From the NCBI RefSeq assembly GCF_001194135.2, contig NC_068984.1, positions 49,494,866 through 49,558,865 of the forward strand: a stretch of 64,000 nt of DNA, in the 5' to 3' direction. The DNA is from Octopus bimaculoides. Lineage: Eukaryota. A program made the translations under genes and the position numbers. Under the pieces are notes generated by a model, which worked only from the letters and a program-made list of their open reading frames with translations, was not told where the DNA came from and did not search any database. This document shows positions 38,507-51,334 of this stretch, piece after piece. Every line of letters starts with the position of its first letter. The stretch's first letter is position 1.

Positions 38507-39194
38507 TCCTTTCCTTTATCATTTATTTACATTCTGTAATGCTGATTATTAAAAACAATGCAAATATGACTGAATTTTGCCTATTCATTTTCTGAGTGTT
38601 TTAATCTTTTTATTAAAACTCTTGTGCATATCAGTTGTTTCTGAAGGGAGTAACTCAGCTTACCTATAAATTTTATAATGCAAAAGGAAATTTTTTTTTG
38701 TTTATGATGTTTGTATGTCCATGACTGTTACAAATTACATTTAAATTGTTACTAATATTTTTTCATTGTCCCTTTTGAGTGTATCTAGATTTTAGTTATT
38801 ATGTAATAAATTAATAATTACGTGTGCATAATATTATTTTTAGCACATTAAAAGAAAACATTCTGCAATAATGCCAATTTTCACAAGTCTGGCAAGTAAA
38901 TAAACTACGTGCCTTTGAATAAACAAACCCATTTTTAAGGTATTTTCTGCTCAAACACTGCAGTAGTGAGTGTTTGACTAAATAAATTTCAACAAGATGT
39001 TAAGAGTGTATTTGTAATTTACATTCTACTTTAAGACCTCTTTGAACCTTTCATAAATATTCATCAGTGTCATTGTTTTTAAATACCTCTGTTCTCTTAC
39101 TAAACAACAATATCACCAGGTTATCTACCTGTTTAAATACATTTTGCTGTGCACCTATAGTTTCCTTGGCATATGGATTTGGATGGACATTACA

Positions 39195-39428
39195 TCGTTA
39201 TCTTTTATCTGTTACTTGTTTCAGTCATTAGACTGTGACCATGCTAGAACACTGCCTTGAAGAGTTTTCAGTTGAATGAATCAACCCCATTACTTCTTGT
39301 TTTAAGCCTGGTACTTATTCTATCAGTCTCTTTTGCCAACGTTATGGGGATGTAAACAAACCAACACCAGTTGTCAGGTGGTATACACACACACATACAT
39401 GCATGTATATATACTAATACATACATAC

Positions 39429-39463
<35 letters not shown>

Positions 39464-39590
39464 TATATAATGGGCTTCTTTCAGTTTCTGTCTACCAAAT
39501 CCACTCACAAGGCTTTGGTTGGCCTGAGGCTAGTGAAAGACATTTCTCCAAGGTGCCACAGTGGAACTGGACCTGGATCTATGGGCAAAA
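39195..39590 (-). mobile_element. SINE family A
   Basis: Reverse complement of the 33676 and 47372 copies. Confidence 0.8.
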
Positions 39591-42500
39591 TTGCAGCATA
39601 ATTTTTCTTGAGTGTTCAACATGATGTCAAAGCAACACATGGCTATTCAGGCTGTAAGCTGCTCATATGTACACATAATTGCTGGTAATCTATGAGATAT
39701 CTCAAGGCAATTTAGTTTAACAAATGATATACAGGGTAATTATGGTTTGATTACCAAAACAATATATCAGTGAACACACATAGTTGATACAACTGAAATG
39801 TGCACAGTATCATGATTCTTGACTATTTTCCTAATTAAATTTTTTTTTTATTCCGTACAACTCAAACTCTTATATATAGTCATATTATCCAATAATTCTG
39901 TTTAAATAACTCGAAAGCATCATACATTAGAAACTATTTTTAATGTGTATTGTCTGAAACAGAAGGTGGTATGGTGTATATGATTGTTTATGCTTTAAAT
40001 AAATGACATTTGAAAAACTATTGAAGAAAGGAAGAGAGCTATGATTGAGATGAATTTTTTTTAAACTATAGTATTGCTGAAAAAGAAGAGTTAATTACTA
40101 ACAAGATTTCATAATAGATGTTATCTGTAATAAACAGGATATTTTGACAAAGCATAAATAGAACTAGCAAGTGCAGAAGTACAATGTCCTTTGCAGTTCT
40201 AGTTTAGCAAACAAAAACATAACTTATCAGCAAACCAAAGATTAAAGAGTACTCATGAGAGACGTACAGATCAGTCAAATAAATTCTAAATTTGATCAGG
40301 AATTATAATAAGTTGTCTTATTTGTGTAGCAGAATATCTATGAAAGATTATATTTAGTACATGTACTCGCGCCCCCAATTCAAAGATGCCTAATCACATT
40401 TTAGCTAAGCACATTTGGATTGAATAAGAGGGTAAGGTATTAAATAAGTTTTAGTAAACCTTATTAATTAGATTTTTCTAATAATTAGTGTAGAAAGATT
40501 GTCTTCTTAGGTCACTAATTATTAAGTTATGAGAGGAAAATGGTTGAAAAATGTAAAGAAAGTAATGAGCAACCAGTGATCATATTTTTAAAAAGGCGAA
40601 TTGATTGGAAGAACTCTTAAATAATCTAGAGTTGAAACACAATCTCTTGGAGAGAGCACAGACTAATTTTAAAATGATTTTAGATTATAAATTTTCAAGA
40701 AATTATCAATATCTTTTTGGTTAATTATTTTCTGCCATTTTGACTTGCACATAATTTGATACAGTTTATAATTATAGAATCTTCATTGTTGACATGCCGT
40801 GTAACATTTTTTCTAAATCATATTAATTAGAAATTGTCATAAAGCTGTTCATATAACTTTATTATATATCCATTGAAATGTTAATATCTGTTTTTGAATA
40901 AAGATTTCAAAAGCTGCAAATGTAACAGACCAAAATTTCGTAGTTAAACTGAGGAATCAAAATGGTGTTTGAAAAAAGTTACAAAAGTAATCAAAGTATA
41001 TAAAAGGATTATAGAAAAACTTCAAAGTCCGAGATGCCACAGGCTTCCCTTCCCAGCTTTTGCCAGTAGGGTTGATCAGAGGGGACAGTAAAAGGCTGGA
41101 TAGCATGACAGTTTTCACATTCAGAGGTGGTAGGCACCTCATCTGGGATGCCACATACTGCAACACCTTCTCCAGAGGCGACCTGGTGTGTTTGGTTGCC
41201 AGCCCAGGCTTTGCTGCCATATCAAGCCAAAGAGGGTAAAATGTCAAGGTACCAGCCATTCTCTGGCAGACTTGTCATTGAGCCTGTGGTAGTGGACATC
41301 TCTAACATTTTCCCTCCCACTCTCATACTACATCCTACTAATATCAAAATAGAGATGGCTATTTGTGTGAGCCCCATGAGTTGAAGTAGCTTTTTCAATG
41401 TGTCTCCCTCACCTGCCTCCAAGGCAACGTTGTTTCCATTTCGTCCACTGGGACCATAAGGCAGACAGATAAGTCTTTTTATTTGTAGCTGTTGTATCCC
41501 TTAATAAGATGTATTGAAATAACACAAGTTTCTAATAAGGATGATAAGATAATAACTATAACACTGCATATAATAACACAGAAAGTAGATGATTAATCCT
41601 CATCACTGTTCTATAGCCTTTTTTTTTATTTGAAGGTATATGTTGAACCTATCTGTAGTATAGTAAATCACTGCTTGCATTGCATCTTTCATTACCTGTT
41701 TCATTATCTGTTTCAAGAACTCTAACATGCTGAGATTTGATATCACTTCTGCCTATATTTCCTACTACTGCATTTTCCTATGCTGCATTTCCCTCACTGC
41801 TCAGGGTGCCTTTTATCCAACACTCATCATCTGTTTGCATTACAACCTAAAATTGCAATTTTCTTTCCTATATATGTCTTCTAATACCTTTACTACTACT
41901 GTTCTGCTTTCTCACATGCAAGTTAACATTATATGTCCTTCACTCATTTTTCTCTAGTCTTGGCAGATCAGTATTCAGTACTCATACACTGTTATTAAAG
42001 TAGTGTAACTCCCTTATAGTTACTTTTGTTGCCATCAGAAATAATAGCCCTCAAAACAGACAACATCATTTATTATGTATCCTTGATTAGCAAATTAAAC
42101 TACCTATCATGTCTAAAAAAACTAACTACTACATTGCATCAGCAACCAGAGCTGTTCATTATTAATATCATTTTGTGGATCCCCTACTGCTAACTACTAC
42201 ATGCATTCATCAAATATTAATTCTTGATTTTCTATAAAATTAATATGCTTTTCTTGTTATACAAAACTGAGAGTGTGTTCTAGAGTTATCAAAATAAAAA
42301 TGGATGTAGCTGTGAAAATTTGATAATAAAGTTAGAAAGAAAAAATGAAAGAAAGAATTATTTTCATACAGAGTTCCAGCATTGGAATTATTACATATCA
42401 AAATGCATGTATTTGAAAATTATCAAAATTTCTTTCTTTCTAAATTCTTGTGATTATTTCCTTTTACTGATTATATAAAATGTGATGATGATAAAATGTG

Positions 42501-42954
42501 ACTTCCTTTACTTCTGTGAAGACAATTGTGAGATAATGCTTTGCTGAAAGAGCACTGTAACATATAAAGGTCTGGAATACTAAGCTTATTCTGTACAAAG
42601 ATAGATTGTGATATACCTTCTCATTAACTTCAATTTTAAAATTATAAAATCACATAACAATACAAGAAATTTAATTTTATTACAGAAAAATTAATCCAGA
42701 GTTAATCCAGCTCCCTCCAAAGTTATATGGAAGGATTTATATTGTATATGAAATGATACAAAAAATATTTTTCTTCAGTGTCATTGTCTTATATAAGGTG
42801 TATATATAATTTCTCTTTTAAAAAAAATGCACTTTGCATTTTTATAAGAAATAAATTCCTACAGTTTTATTGTATTTTTCAAGGAGTTTATTATATCCAT
42901 TTGAACAGGATACTTTTGTATACCATTTCTAATTTGAGATAACAGTATTATTGA

Positions 42955-43170
42955 TATTGGTTTCAAATTTTGGTACAGACCAACAATTTCAGGGGAGAAG
43001 ATAAATTTATTACATCAATCCCAGTGTTCGACTGGTACTTATTTTATTACCCCTGAAAGGATGAAAGGCAAAGTTGACTTTTGCAGAATTTGAACTCAGA
43101 ACGTTAAGACAGATAAAATACTGCTAAGCATTTTGCCCAGCATACTAATGATTCTGCCACCTTGCTGCCT
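42955..43170 (-). mobile_element. SINE family D, about 235 bp upstream of the ZNF acceptor
   Basis: GAAAGGATGAAAGGCAAAGTTGAC...GAATTTGAACTCAGAAC. Confidence 0.85.
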
Positions 43171-43465
43171 TAACAGTATTATTGATATTAAAATAATAAA
43201 TACTACCCCAACAGCATGCATTTACTGTATTTTCTTTCATATACAAAGCAATAGCTTTGTACCTAACAGAAATAAAATATTTATTCAGTTTCAGTTGCTT
43301 TTTTTAAAAATAATGTTTGGTATTTAAATAATGTTTGTTATTCATTAATCTTTATTTATTAAAATATTTATTTCAATATAACATACTTATTTATTATTTT
43401 GCAGGAGCAAATTTCATCTGGAGGTTATGTTCTTTTATCTTCATGTCTGAGGACTATAAAGTACA

Positions 43466-45268
43466 ATGGAAGGAACAGATATGTTAAGGCTGCATATGAT
43501 TGAGAAATGTACCGGTGCTCAAAAGAGGAAACAGATGTCTCGTCGTTATCAGCCTAGACCAAAGCAAGTGTTTGATGATGAAGAGGATGTTGCTCCTCTT
43601 AACCTTTCTCTTAATGACTCAAATTCCTATTCATCATCCATTGATGAAAGAAGAGAGAAAAATGGAAACTTGCAATCTTCCATGTCATCATTAACAAAAG
43701 TGCAGTCTGCTCCAAACCCTGGTGGGATTCCAAACAGTGATTCACTTGGATATGTGAAATCAGAATTGGATACATTAAAACCTTGGAATGAAAATGGCTG
43801 TGATATTACAAGAAGGAGTTCTCCTTCTAGTGAGTATCCAAGGAATTCTATAACACAACTTATCCAATCAAAGGACTCACCCAAGGAAATACCAAAGTAC
43901 AGAAAGCCTCACAAACATACTATTGAATCTTTGCTTGAAAATGAAAAACCAACTCAAAAACCTGATAATTTTTCATCTAATCAAGAAGTTCCAAAGCAGT
44001 TTGATAGTTATGCTGTTAATACAGACCATAACAAAAAACTGACAGTAATTCTCCAAAAGATTACCTCACGAGATGACTGTAAAAGCCAAACAAAACAGCC
44101 TGAGTCTAATGTGATGCCAGTAAACATTTCAATGTCTGCTACAGATCCTGCTGGTGAAACGAAAAATGCCCGATATGAAACTCGTCATAATCGTAAAACA
44201 ATTCATCCTATTTTATATTTTAGTGATTCTGATGATGATGAATTTCCTCCAGTTTGGAATTCAAGGCGAGGTAAAAAACGTAAAAAGCGAAGTCCTAAAT
44301 CAACGTTGATAAAGAAAAGACTAAATAACTCAAAGCCAGTCATACCTAAGAAAATATTGCCTAAACCATTAGTTGCATCAAGGAAGAAACCCAAGAAAAA
44401 ATCTTTATTTAGGATTCGACCTCGTATTTATCTTCCAAAATCTATCAAAGCTCATTGTGAGATTTGTGATAAACCTTTCCGAACATTAAGCACCATGAAG
44501 AAACATTTACTTCTTAAACACAATAAATCATCGTTTTCACATTTGTCATTTAGCAAATGGTTACGTTCTCATTATAGCTACTTGAGAAGTTTTTACAGAA
44601 TGATAGCAGTTTATAATCTGCCAAATTTAAAAAAACAATATACATGTTTGAGGTGCCAAAGAATATTTAAGCATTATAGTACCCTTCGTCTCCATTGTAA
44701 AATGAATCACTGGAAAGGTTGTCATGCATCACCTTCAAAGTTCTTTTTCAAGGATGGCAAATTAGTAAAAAGCAAGATTTCAATACCATCCTGGAAGACC
44801 AAAAAGAAGAAAGAGCTTAAGAAACGTGGTCGAAAACCCAAGCCACTTTATTTGAAAGGTTATAAGAAACGAGAGTTCCGCTGTCCAATTTGCCTCAAGT
44901 ACATTGCTTCCAACAGAACCCTAGTGGTACATTTGCTACGAGTCCACTCCTTAAAGGAAAATGAGATTTCATGTAGTGTCCTGCAAAATTTGCGATGTGT
45001 AGAATCTGATTGCAGCTTTGAAGGGAAATCACTCAAGTCTCTTTCTGATCATGCACGTCAGGAACATCCAAGTGTACGACATTTTTGCCCATACTGTAAT
45101 CGTGGCTTCTATTTGGAATTTCTGCGAGACAAGCATGTGCTCATGAAGCATAAGTACCGTGAGCAACTGTTGAAGTTTGCTTGTAACCATTGTGGCAAGC
45201 GATATCTACGGAGATGCCATCTGCGAATGCACCAATATTCAAAACACTCAATACCACATAATGTCCAA
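43466..45268 (+). CDS. Large coding exon of a C2H2 zinc-finger protein (about 601 aa; six dispersed fingers, AT-hook-like KRGRKP, basic NLS-like GKKRKKR); probably continues in a downstream exon
   Basis: 620-codon ORF. Six C-x2/4-C-x12-H-x4-H motifs at 44456-45247 (CEIC, CLRC, CPIC, CVESDC, CPYC, CNHC). Acceptor ttattttgcag at 43394-43404. ATG 43466 in AcaATGG context with an in-frame TGA upstream (43448-50). Phase-0 donor CAA|GTAAGT at 45269; unspliced read-through stops at 45328. Confidence 0.92.
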
Positions 45269-45879
45269 GTAAGTAATTGTATAATTTATTCATATATGTG
45301 TTTGTATCTGTGTGTGTTTGTTTGCTAGTGTGTGTGTGTGTGTGTGTGCAATCATGCATACAATAGCAAGCATTATTCACTTAGGATTTCAATAAAGTAA
45401 TTATAAATTCTCTTTCAGTATTTTTGATGACTATCATTAAACACTGAGTCAACTTCTTTAGTTTTTCATTTAATATTTGAGGAGAAAATTTGACTGTTAT
45501 TCAATGAAAATGAATGATTAGTGAGCTGAAATAAATAGATTTCTAATAAAAAGAATTTATATGAAAGCCTTTGTGGTAACACTTATTTTAGTTTCAAAAT
45601 ATTTTTATCTTAGAATGAATATTCTTAAACTAATGCCTAGTAAAGGTTTGTTGTACTGCTGAAAACTTAACTGTGTAATTCTATATACGTGTACAGACTT
45701 GGGCACACACTCACACATACATACAAACACATGTAAATATAATCCTTAACTACATATATCCATGTTCTTGTGTACGTATATGTGAGCATGTGTGTATATC
45801 CATACATTGTAGTCGTGGGCTAGAATGCAGAGGACTTGAGAAGACTGAAAATAATTAAGCTACCATGCTTCTTTGGATG

Positions 45880-46215
45880 TACAGTGTAAGTGCATATGAA
45901 CAACAAAGTACAAATGTCTTGAGAGAAAAACTGGTTATAAAAGAAGAATCAGATGCAGGTTACAAAAATGAAAACTGTGTTAGTATGGACATGTGTTAGG
46001 CATGGTTGAGGACAGCTGTATAAAGAAAGGTTTATAACTTAATGTGAAAGAAGTTTCCAAAGGAGACCTAGGAAGATATGTGTCAAAATGGTAGAGGCTC
46101 ACCTCAGGCTCTTGAATCTGATGGAGGAGAGGCTAAAGGACCAGGATGACTGTCAATAGGCAGTTCTCAGGAAGACCCACCAATCTCTGCAAAACTAAGA
46201 TTCTGGAACATAATG
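45880..46215 (+). mobile_element. RTE-clade LINE 3' end, degenerate
   Basis: LREKL...YGHVLGMVEDSCIKK; homologous to 15040-15455. Confidence 0.65.
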
Positions 46216-47048
46216 GGTGTATATACACACATTTGTGTTTGTGGGTGTGTATGTATGTGTGCATGTTTTGTCTTGTGTATCTGCATACTTCACCAGTTTT
46301 TCCCTGTTACCACATATCCATCTTACTCCTGTGCTCTGCATTCAAATTTTACATTGGTCACCTTCAACCACAATACATACAAATCATTTCTCTCTCTCTC
46401 TCTCATTCATTCTTCCCCTGTATACTGTTCTATTGCTACTGTTCTGCTGGTCTTCCCTTACTACTCTCCAACACATTGTATCATTGTGCATCTACCACAC
46501 CTTATGCACCAATCATTAAATTCACCACCACCCCCAACCCTGCCCAATTTCTACAGTTCTTGCCTACTCTTTCTTACTTTCTATCCGACATATACTTAGC
46601 ATCCCCCAGTCACTTCTACTCTCTTTGTACTTTGAGGGTCCAACTTGAGACCCCCCTCATCACTATTTTTATCATCATCTAGCTCTATCCAGTTATTCGC
46701 ATTCTCGCTTACATAATGGGAGTAGTCATGTTTCTCCTCTCCAGCAAGAAATCTGTTCTGGCCCCTTACCTCACATTTTAAACCTTTCTGCTGCAGCCTG
46801 ACACAGTTAAAGGGAATCTTAGTTGTGCAAGTTACATATTGACATCACTAGGGCTGCTGCCACAAAAAAAAAAAAAGAAAACAGCACTCTATGCACGCTG
46901 TAAAATGGTTGGTGTTAGGGAGAGTATTCAGCTATGAAAAACATGGCAAAGCTAACATTTAAGTATGATGCAGTCATTGAACTCACCAGATCCTCTCAAA
47001 CCATCACATGCCAGCATAGAACATGGACCCTGAAGGATTATTATATTT

Positions 47049-47085
<37 letters not shown>

Positions 47086-47227
47086 TCTCCCTCTCTCTCT
47101 GTACATATACACACACACACACACATACATGGATGGATGTGCCTATACATCATATTCATTTACATATATATTATATAAATACATGTGTATATATATTAAC
47201 ATATATTGTATATATATATGTATTCGA

Positions 47228-47365
47228 GCATGATTGTTGCCAGGGCTGCTGACTGGCTCCCGTTCCAGTGGCACGTAAAAAGCAGCATTCAAGTGTGATG
47301 GTTGCCAGCGTCGCCTCACTAGCCCCTGTGTGGATGGCATGTAAAAAGCACCATTCGAGCGTGGT
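47228..47365 (+). mobile_element. SINE-like family B, tandem-unit fragment
   Basis: GGCACGTAAAAGCA...units. Confidence 0.7.
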
Positions 47366-47371
47366 CATGGG

Positions 47372-47745
47372 AGGGCTGTGTGGTAAGAAGATTGCTTCCC
47401 AACCACATAATTTCGGGTTCAGTCCCACTGCATGACACCTTGAGCCTACGATAGCCTTGAGTTGACCAAAGCCTTGTCAGAGGATTTAGTAGATGGAAAC
47501 TGAATGAAGCCCATTGTATATATCTAGATGTCTATGTGTGTGTGTCTGTGTTTGTCTCCCACCACTGACAACCGGTCTTGGTTTGTCTATGTCTCCATCA
47601 CTTAGCAGTTCAGCAAAATAAACCAATTGAAAAAGTACCAAGCTTAAAAGAAATAGGTCCTGTGGTCAATTTGCTTGATTGAAACCCTTCAAGGTGGTGC
47701 TCCATCATAGCCACAGTCAACTGACTAAAACAAGTAAGAAAAATT
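47372..47745 (+). mobile_element. SINE family A
   Basis: GGCTGTGTGGTAAGAAG head and GGGTTCAGTCCCACTG B-box. Confidence 0.85.
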
Positions 47746-48884
47746 AATAAGATATATATANNNNNNNNNNNNNNNNNNNNNNNNNNNNNNNNNNNNNNNN
47801 NNNNNNNNNNNNNNNNNNNNNNNNNNNNNNNNNNNNNNNNNNNNNNNNNNNNNNNNNNNNNNNNNNNNNNNNNNNNNNNNNNNNNNNNNNNNNNNNNNNN
47901 NNNNNNNNNNNNNNNNNNNNNNNNNNNNNNNNNNNNNNNNNNNNNNNNNNNNNNNNNNNNNNNNNNNNNNNNNNNNNNNNNNNNNNNNNNGCTTTCATTG
48001 CATAGCAAATTTTCAAGAAGAGGTAAAATGAAAATAATGTTTTTTACAAAAAGATAAAATATATATAAAAAAATAAATATACCAATACATTATATTGTCT
48101 TTGAGCTTTTATAGATAATTGTTAGAAAGATTAGGATGCATGTATTTAAGATGAGTGTTGTGTTTAAAAGGCTGACTGTTTATGTGTCAAACAGGAAGTG
48201 TGGATAAGGGGAGACAATTCTGTGGGTTTTATACTCTTTAGTTGGGGTTCTGGACTCTTTGTTAACAGAAAGTTTATGTCTGTTCTTAGAGAAACAAAAA
48301 AGTAAATTTATATGTATTTCATTGGATAGGCAAGAGAAGGGAATATGGTCACTGAGGAGTTCATATGTTAAGAAGCGTTTGGAATTTCCTTATAAAAAGA
48401 TTATTCTTGTTGATTCTTTCTTGTGTAGAGAATCTGTCTTTACATTGATAGAAAGGGGATATAAGGAATTTAGGATTTTTATATCTAGTTCAAGAGTCTA
48501 TGTGGCCACTGAGTGGAATTTGGCGGTGTTGTGGAAGATTTATTTGTTCTTTATGGACTGCTATTCTTCTACGCAAAGAAGGCTCGTCTGTCTGATATAG
48601 TTGTGTTGGCAACTATATATATATATTTATCAGTTTATTTCCCATCCATTTCCAATATTGTGCAAGAATGTGTCTGGCTATGGGGAAATACTACCTTGTG
48701 TGGAAACAGGTGAGGGCTAGCAACAGGAACAGTATAAAGCTGTAGAAAATCTGCCTGAATAAACACTGTCTGACACATACAAACATGGTAAAGTGAACAT
48801 AAAAATTGGTGATTGTATGTATGTACTGTATTTGTGTGTGTGTGTGTGTGTAGGCATCTATGCCATTCCATGTATAAAATAACT

Positions 48885-49090
48885 GCACCATTTCATGTGC
48901 AAAGCACCCATGCTGGTGCCATGTAAAAAGCACCTAGCTCATTCTGTAAAGTGGTTAGCATTAAGGACATCCAGCTGTAGAAACCAAGGCAAATCAGGCT
49001 GAAACATGGTACAGCTCTCCAGCTTGTCAGTTCTTGTCAAACAAACCAACCTATGCCAGCATGAAAAACAGATGATAAATGATGATGGTG
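48885..49090 (+). mobile_element. SINE-like family B, 3' part
   Basis: CATCCAGCTGTAGAAACC...CCTATGCCAGCATGAAAA...GATGATG. Confidence 0.75.
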
Positions 49091-49548
49091 CTCAAGCATG
49101 GTCACAGATTTAGAGCTGAAATGTATAAAATAATAAAGGAATGATAATATTCTTGGATTTTATGTTATGATGTAATCTATGAATACATCAATAAAATTCT
49201 ACCAGAACAGCAGTTGTAAATTTTAAATGCCATTTGTGTTCTATTATATATATAGATATATATATCATGCTACAGTAACATTGCCTTGACTAAGACAGAG
49301 CAAAAGTTAAGTAATATTTCCAGCTGCATGTAACTCTTTCTTAATCTAAATTTTATGGAGTATTAAATGCTGGGAGGTAACATATACATTTGAATAATTT
49401 ATGTCTGAGAGCAGAATAAAATAGTTAGTTGGTTTAAGTGTTGTTATTACAAGGTCATGGATTACTTTATCTTATGTTTTTCACTATTGAATACTGATAT
49501 GTTATTTGTTAATCATTATGTAAACGATTGCATGATTGGATTGAAATG

Positions 49549-49622
49549 CCAGATCTATGTACCATCACAAGATGGCTGACAGTGTACCAGATCTATGTAC
49601 CATCACAAGATGGCTGACAGTG
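49549..49622 (+). repeat. Perfect 36-bp direct repeat, period 38
   Basis: CCAGATCTATGTACCATCACAAGATGGCTGACAGTG twice, separated by TA. Confidence 0.95.
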
Positions 49623-50019
49623 CAAACATTTAACTTTGTTTAAACATAAGGAAACACTCTTTTTAAAGCAATTAAAAACACAAAAGGGCTAGTATTTTTA
49701 TGTTATCAGGAAAATAAAAAGGAAAACAGGAACAATGTAGATTACAAGTGTAAGAGGAAAAGGAGGTCAACTATCTATGTTGTCAATTGTTCAAAGAAAT
49801 TTGTATGGATTTGATTGGCCAAAATGTTCGGTTTTTTTTTTTTGTTGGCACTAAATTTCAAGCACTCTAATAAGTAGCGAACTCCAGTCTGTTCCTTACA
49901 CATGTGCGCTTGTTAGCTATTCAACACGTAAACGTAATCTGATGTGAACTTGTGATGACACAGGTTGTGTTTTTTTTTTGTGCTTCGACTACTCTGAAAA
50001 TGTGAAACCAAAATGGATG

Positions 50020-50255
50020 TTATCAACACCTTATGCTTTTTTATTTTATAAAAGGCAAGAAATTCATGGAAACCTGCAAAAGATATGTGCTGTTTATAGA
50101 GAGGATGCTGTAATGGAACATGTATGCCAGTTGTTTTCAAGATTTCACTTGGAAAGGTGTATGGTTCAAGATGCACTTCACTCTGTCTTGCAAACTGAGA
50201 CTAACAGCAACAAAATGAAGGAGTTAGTCTACATAAATCCTTCTATAAATCATCC
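50020..50255 (+). mobile_element. Mariner transposase N-terminal (HTH) fragment
   Basis: FLFYKRQ..KICAVYREDAVMEHVCQLFSRF...VQDALHS resembles mariner KICAVYGEDAV..RTCQ.WF.RF...L.D.PRSG. Confidence 0.7.
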
Positions 50256-50609
50256 TATATTCATGATATGTGTGTTAACCAACCTACCCACTCACTTCTT
50301 TCTATTAGGCATAAAAACTATAATTTGGTAATGTTTAAACAAACAAACATGTGCATGCTGCATTAAAGGAAGAAACAGTGACAAGTGAACATTCTGTCAA
50401 TAATAATAACAATAAGCTTAAAGCTTATTAGCATTCACTGTGTAATTGGCTAAAGAAAATAATGTAATATTGAGGCTTATAAGCCCTCAATGGAAAAAGT
50501 GAGTATTAGCTTGCTTTGGAATCATACCCACGCCTCTTATATTTGCAATAAGTATGATTACACCAACCTACCAACCCACTTCTTCCTGTTAGATTTAAGA
50601 ACTTATATA

Positions 50610-50750
50610 TAAAGGGCTTTTTCAGTTTCTGTCTACCAAATCCATTCATTAAGCTTTGGTTGGAGCGATAGTAGTTAATACTTGACCAAGGTATCATGCA
50701 GTGGGACTGAACCTGGAACTATATGGCAAGGGAGCAAACTTCTTACCACT
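50610..50750 (-). mobile_element. SINE family A, 5' half
   Basis: CAGTTTCTGTCTACCAAATCC...GGGACTGAACC. Confidence 0.7.
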
Positions 50751-50824
50751 GCTATTGATAGTTGCTCATATCCCTCTTACATTGATCTTGAGAGAAGTTC
50801 AATCATGCTACAATCTTAGCAGCT

Positions 50825-50894
50825 GAGAAAATGAACCATCTCCTGTTTATGGACGACCTCAAATTATTTGCCAAAAGTGAGAAAGCTTTAGATT
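50825..50894 (+). mobile_element. Non-LTR RT fragment (R4/Dong-like NHLLFMDDLKLFAKSE)
   Basis: Catalytic F/YxDD motif in a context typical of restriction-like-endonuclease LINEs; interrupted by a SINE. Confidence 0.7.
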
Positions 50895-51193
50895 ATTATT
50901 TCTTTATTGCCCACAAGGGGCTAAACATAGAGGGGACAAACAAGGACAGACAAAGGCTTGAAGTCGATTACATCGACCCCAATATGTAACTGATACTTAT
51001 TTAATCAACCCTGAAAGGATGAAAGGCAAAGTCGACCTCAGCGGAATTTGAACTCAGAATGTAACAGCAGACGAAATACCGCTAAGCATTTCGCCCGGCN
51101 NNNNNNNNNGCGGAATTTGAACTCAGAATGTAACAGCAGACGAAATACCGCTAAGCATTTCGCCCGGCATGCTAACGTTTCTGCCAGCTTGCT
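50895..51193 (-). mobile_element. SINE family D with 10-bp target-site duplication
   Basis: GCTTTAGATT at 50885-94 and 51194-203; internal duplication across a 10-N gap. Confidence 0.9.
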
Positions 51194-51334
51194 GCTTTAG
51201 ATTCATTGTGCCTTTCGCCTTTCTTTCCAGTTTTTTTTTTTAACCCAACATGGTCATAAGCTTTCTTGCACAATAACATTACTCTACAAAGCCTGGTTGT
51301 TTTTTTAGCAGTTATCTAGACAAAATAATAATGA

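Noticed and set aside
42686-42797. + exon candidate (KINPELIQLPPKLYGRIYIV...) in phase with 43405
   Set aside because: Weak donor (AAG|GTGTAT) and no supportable upstream phase-2 partner; kept only as an alternative to the uORF model.
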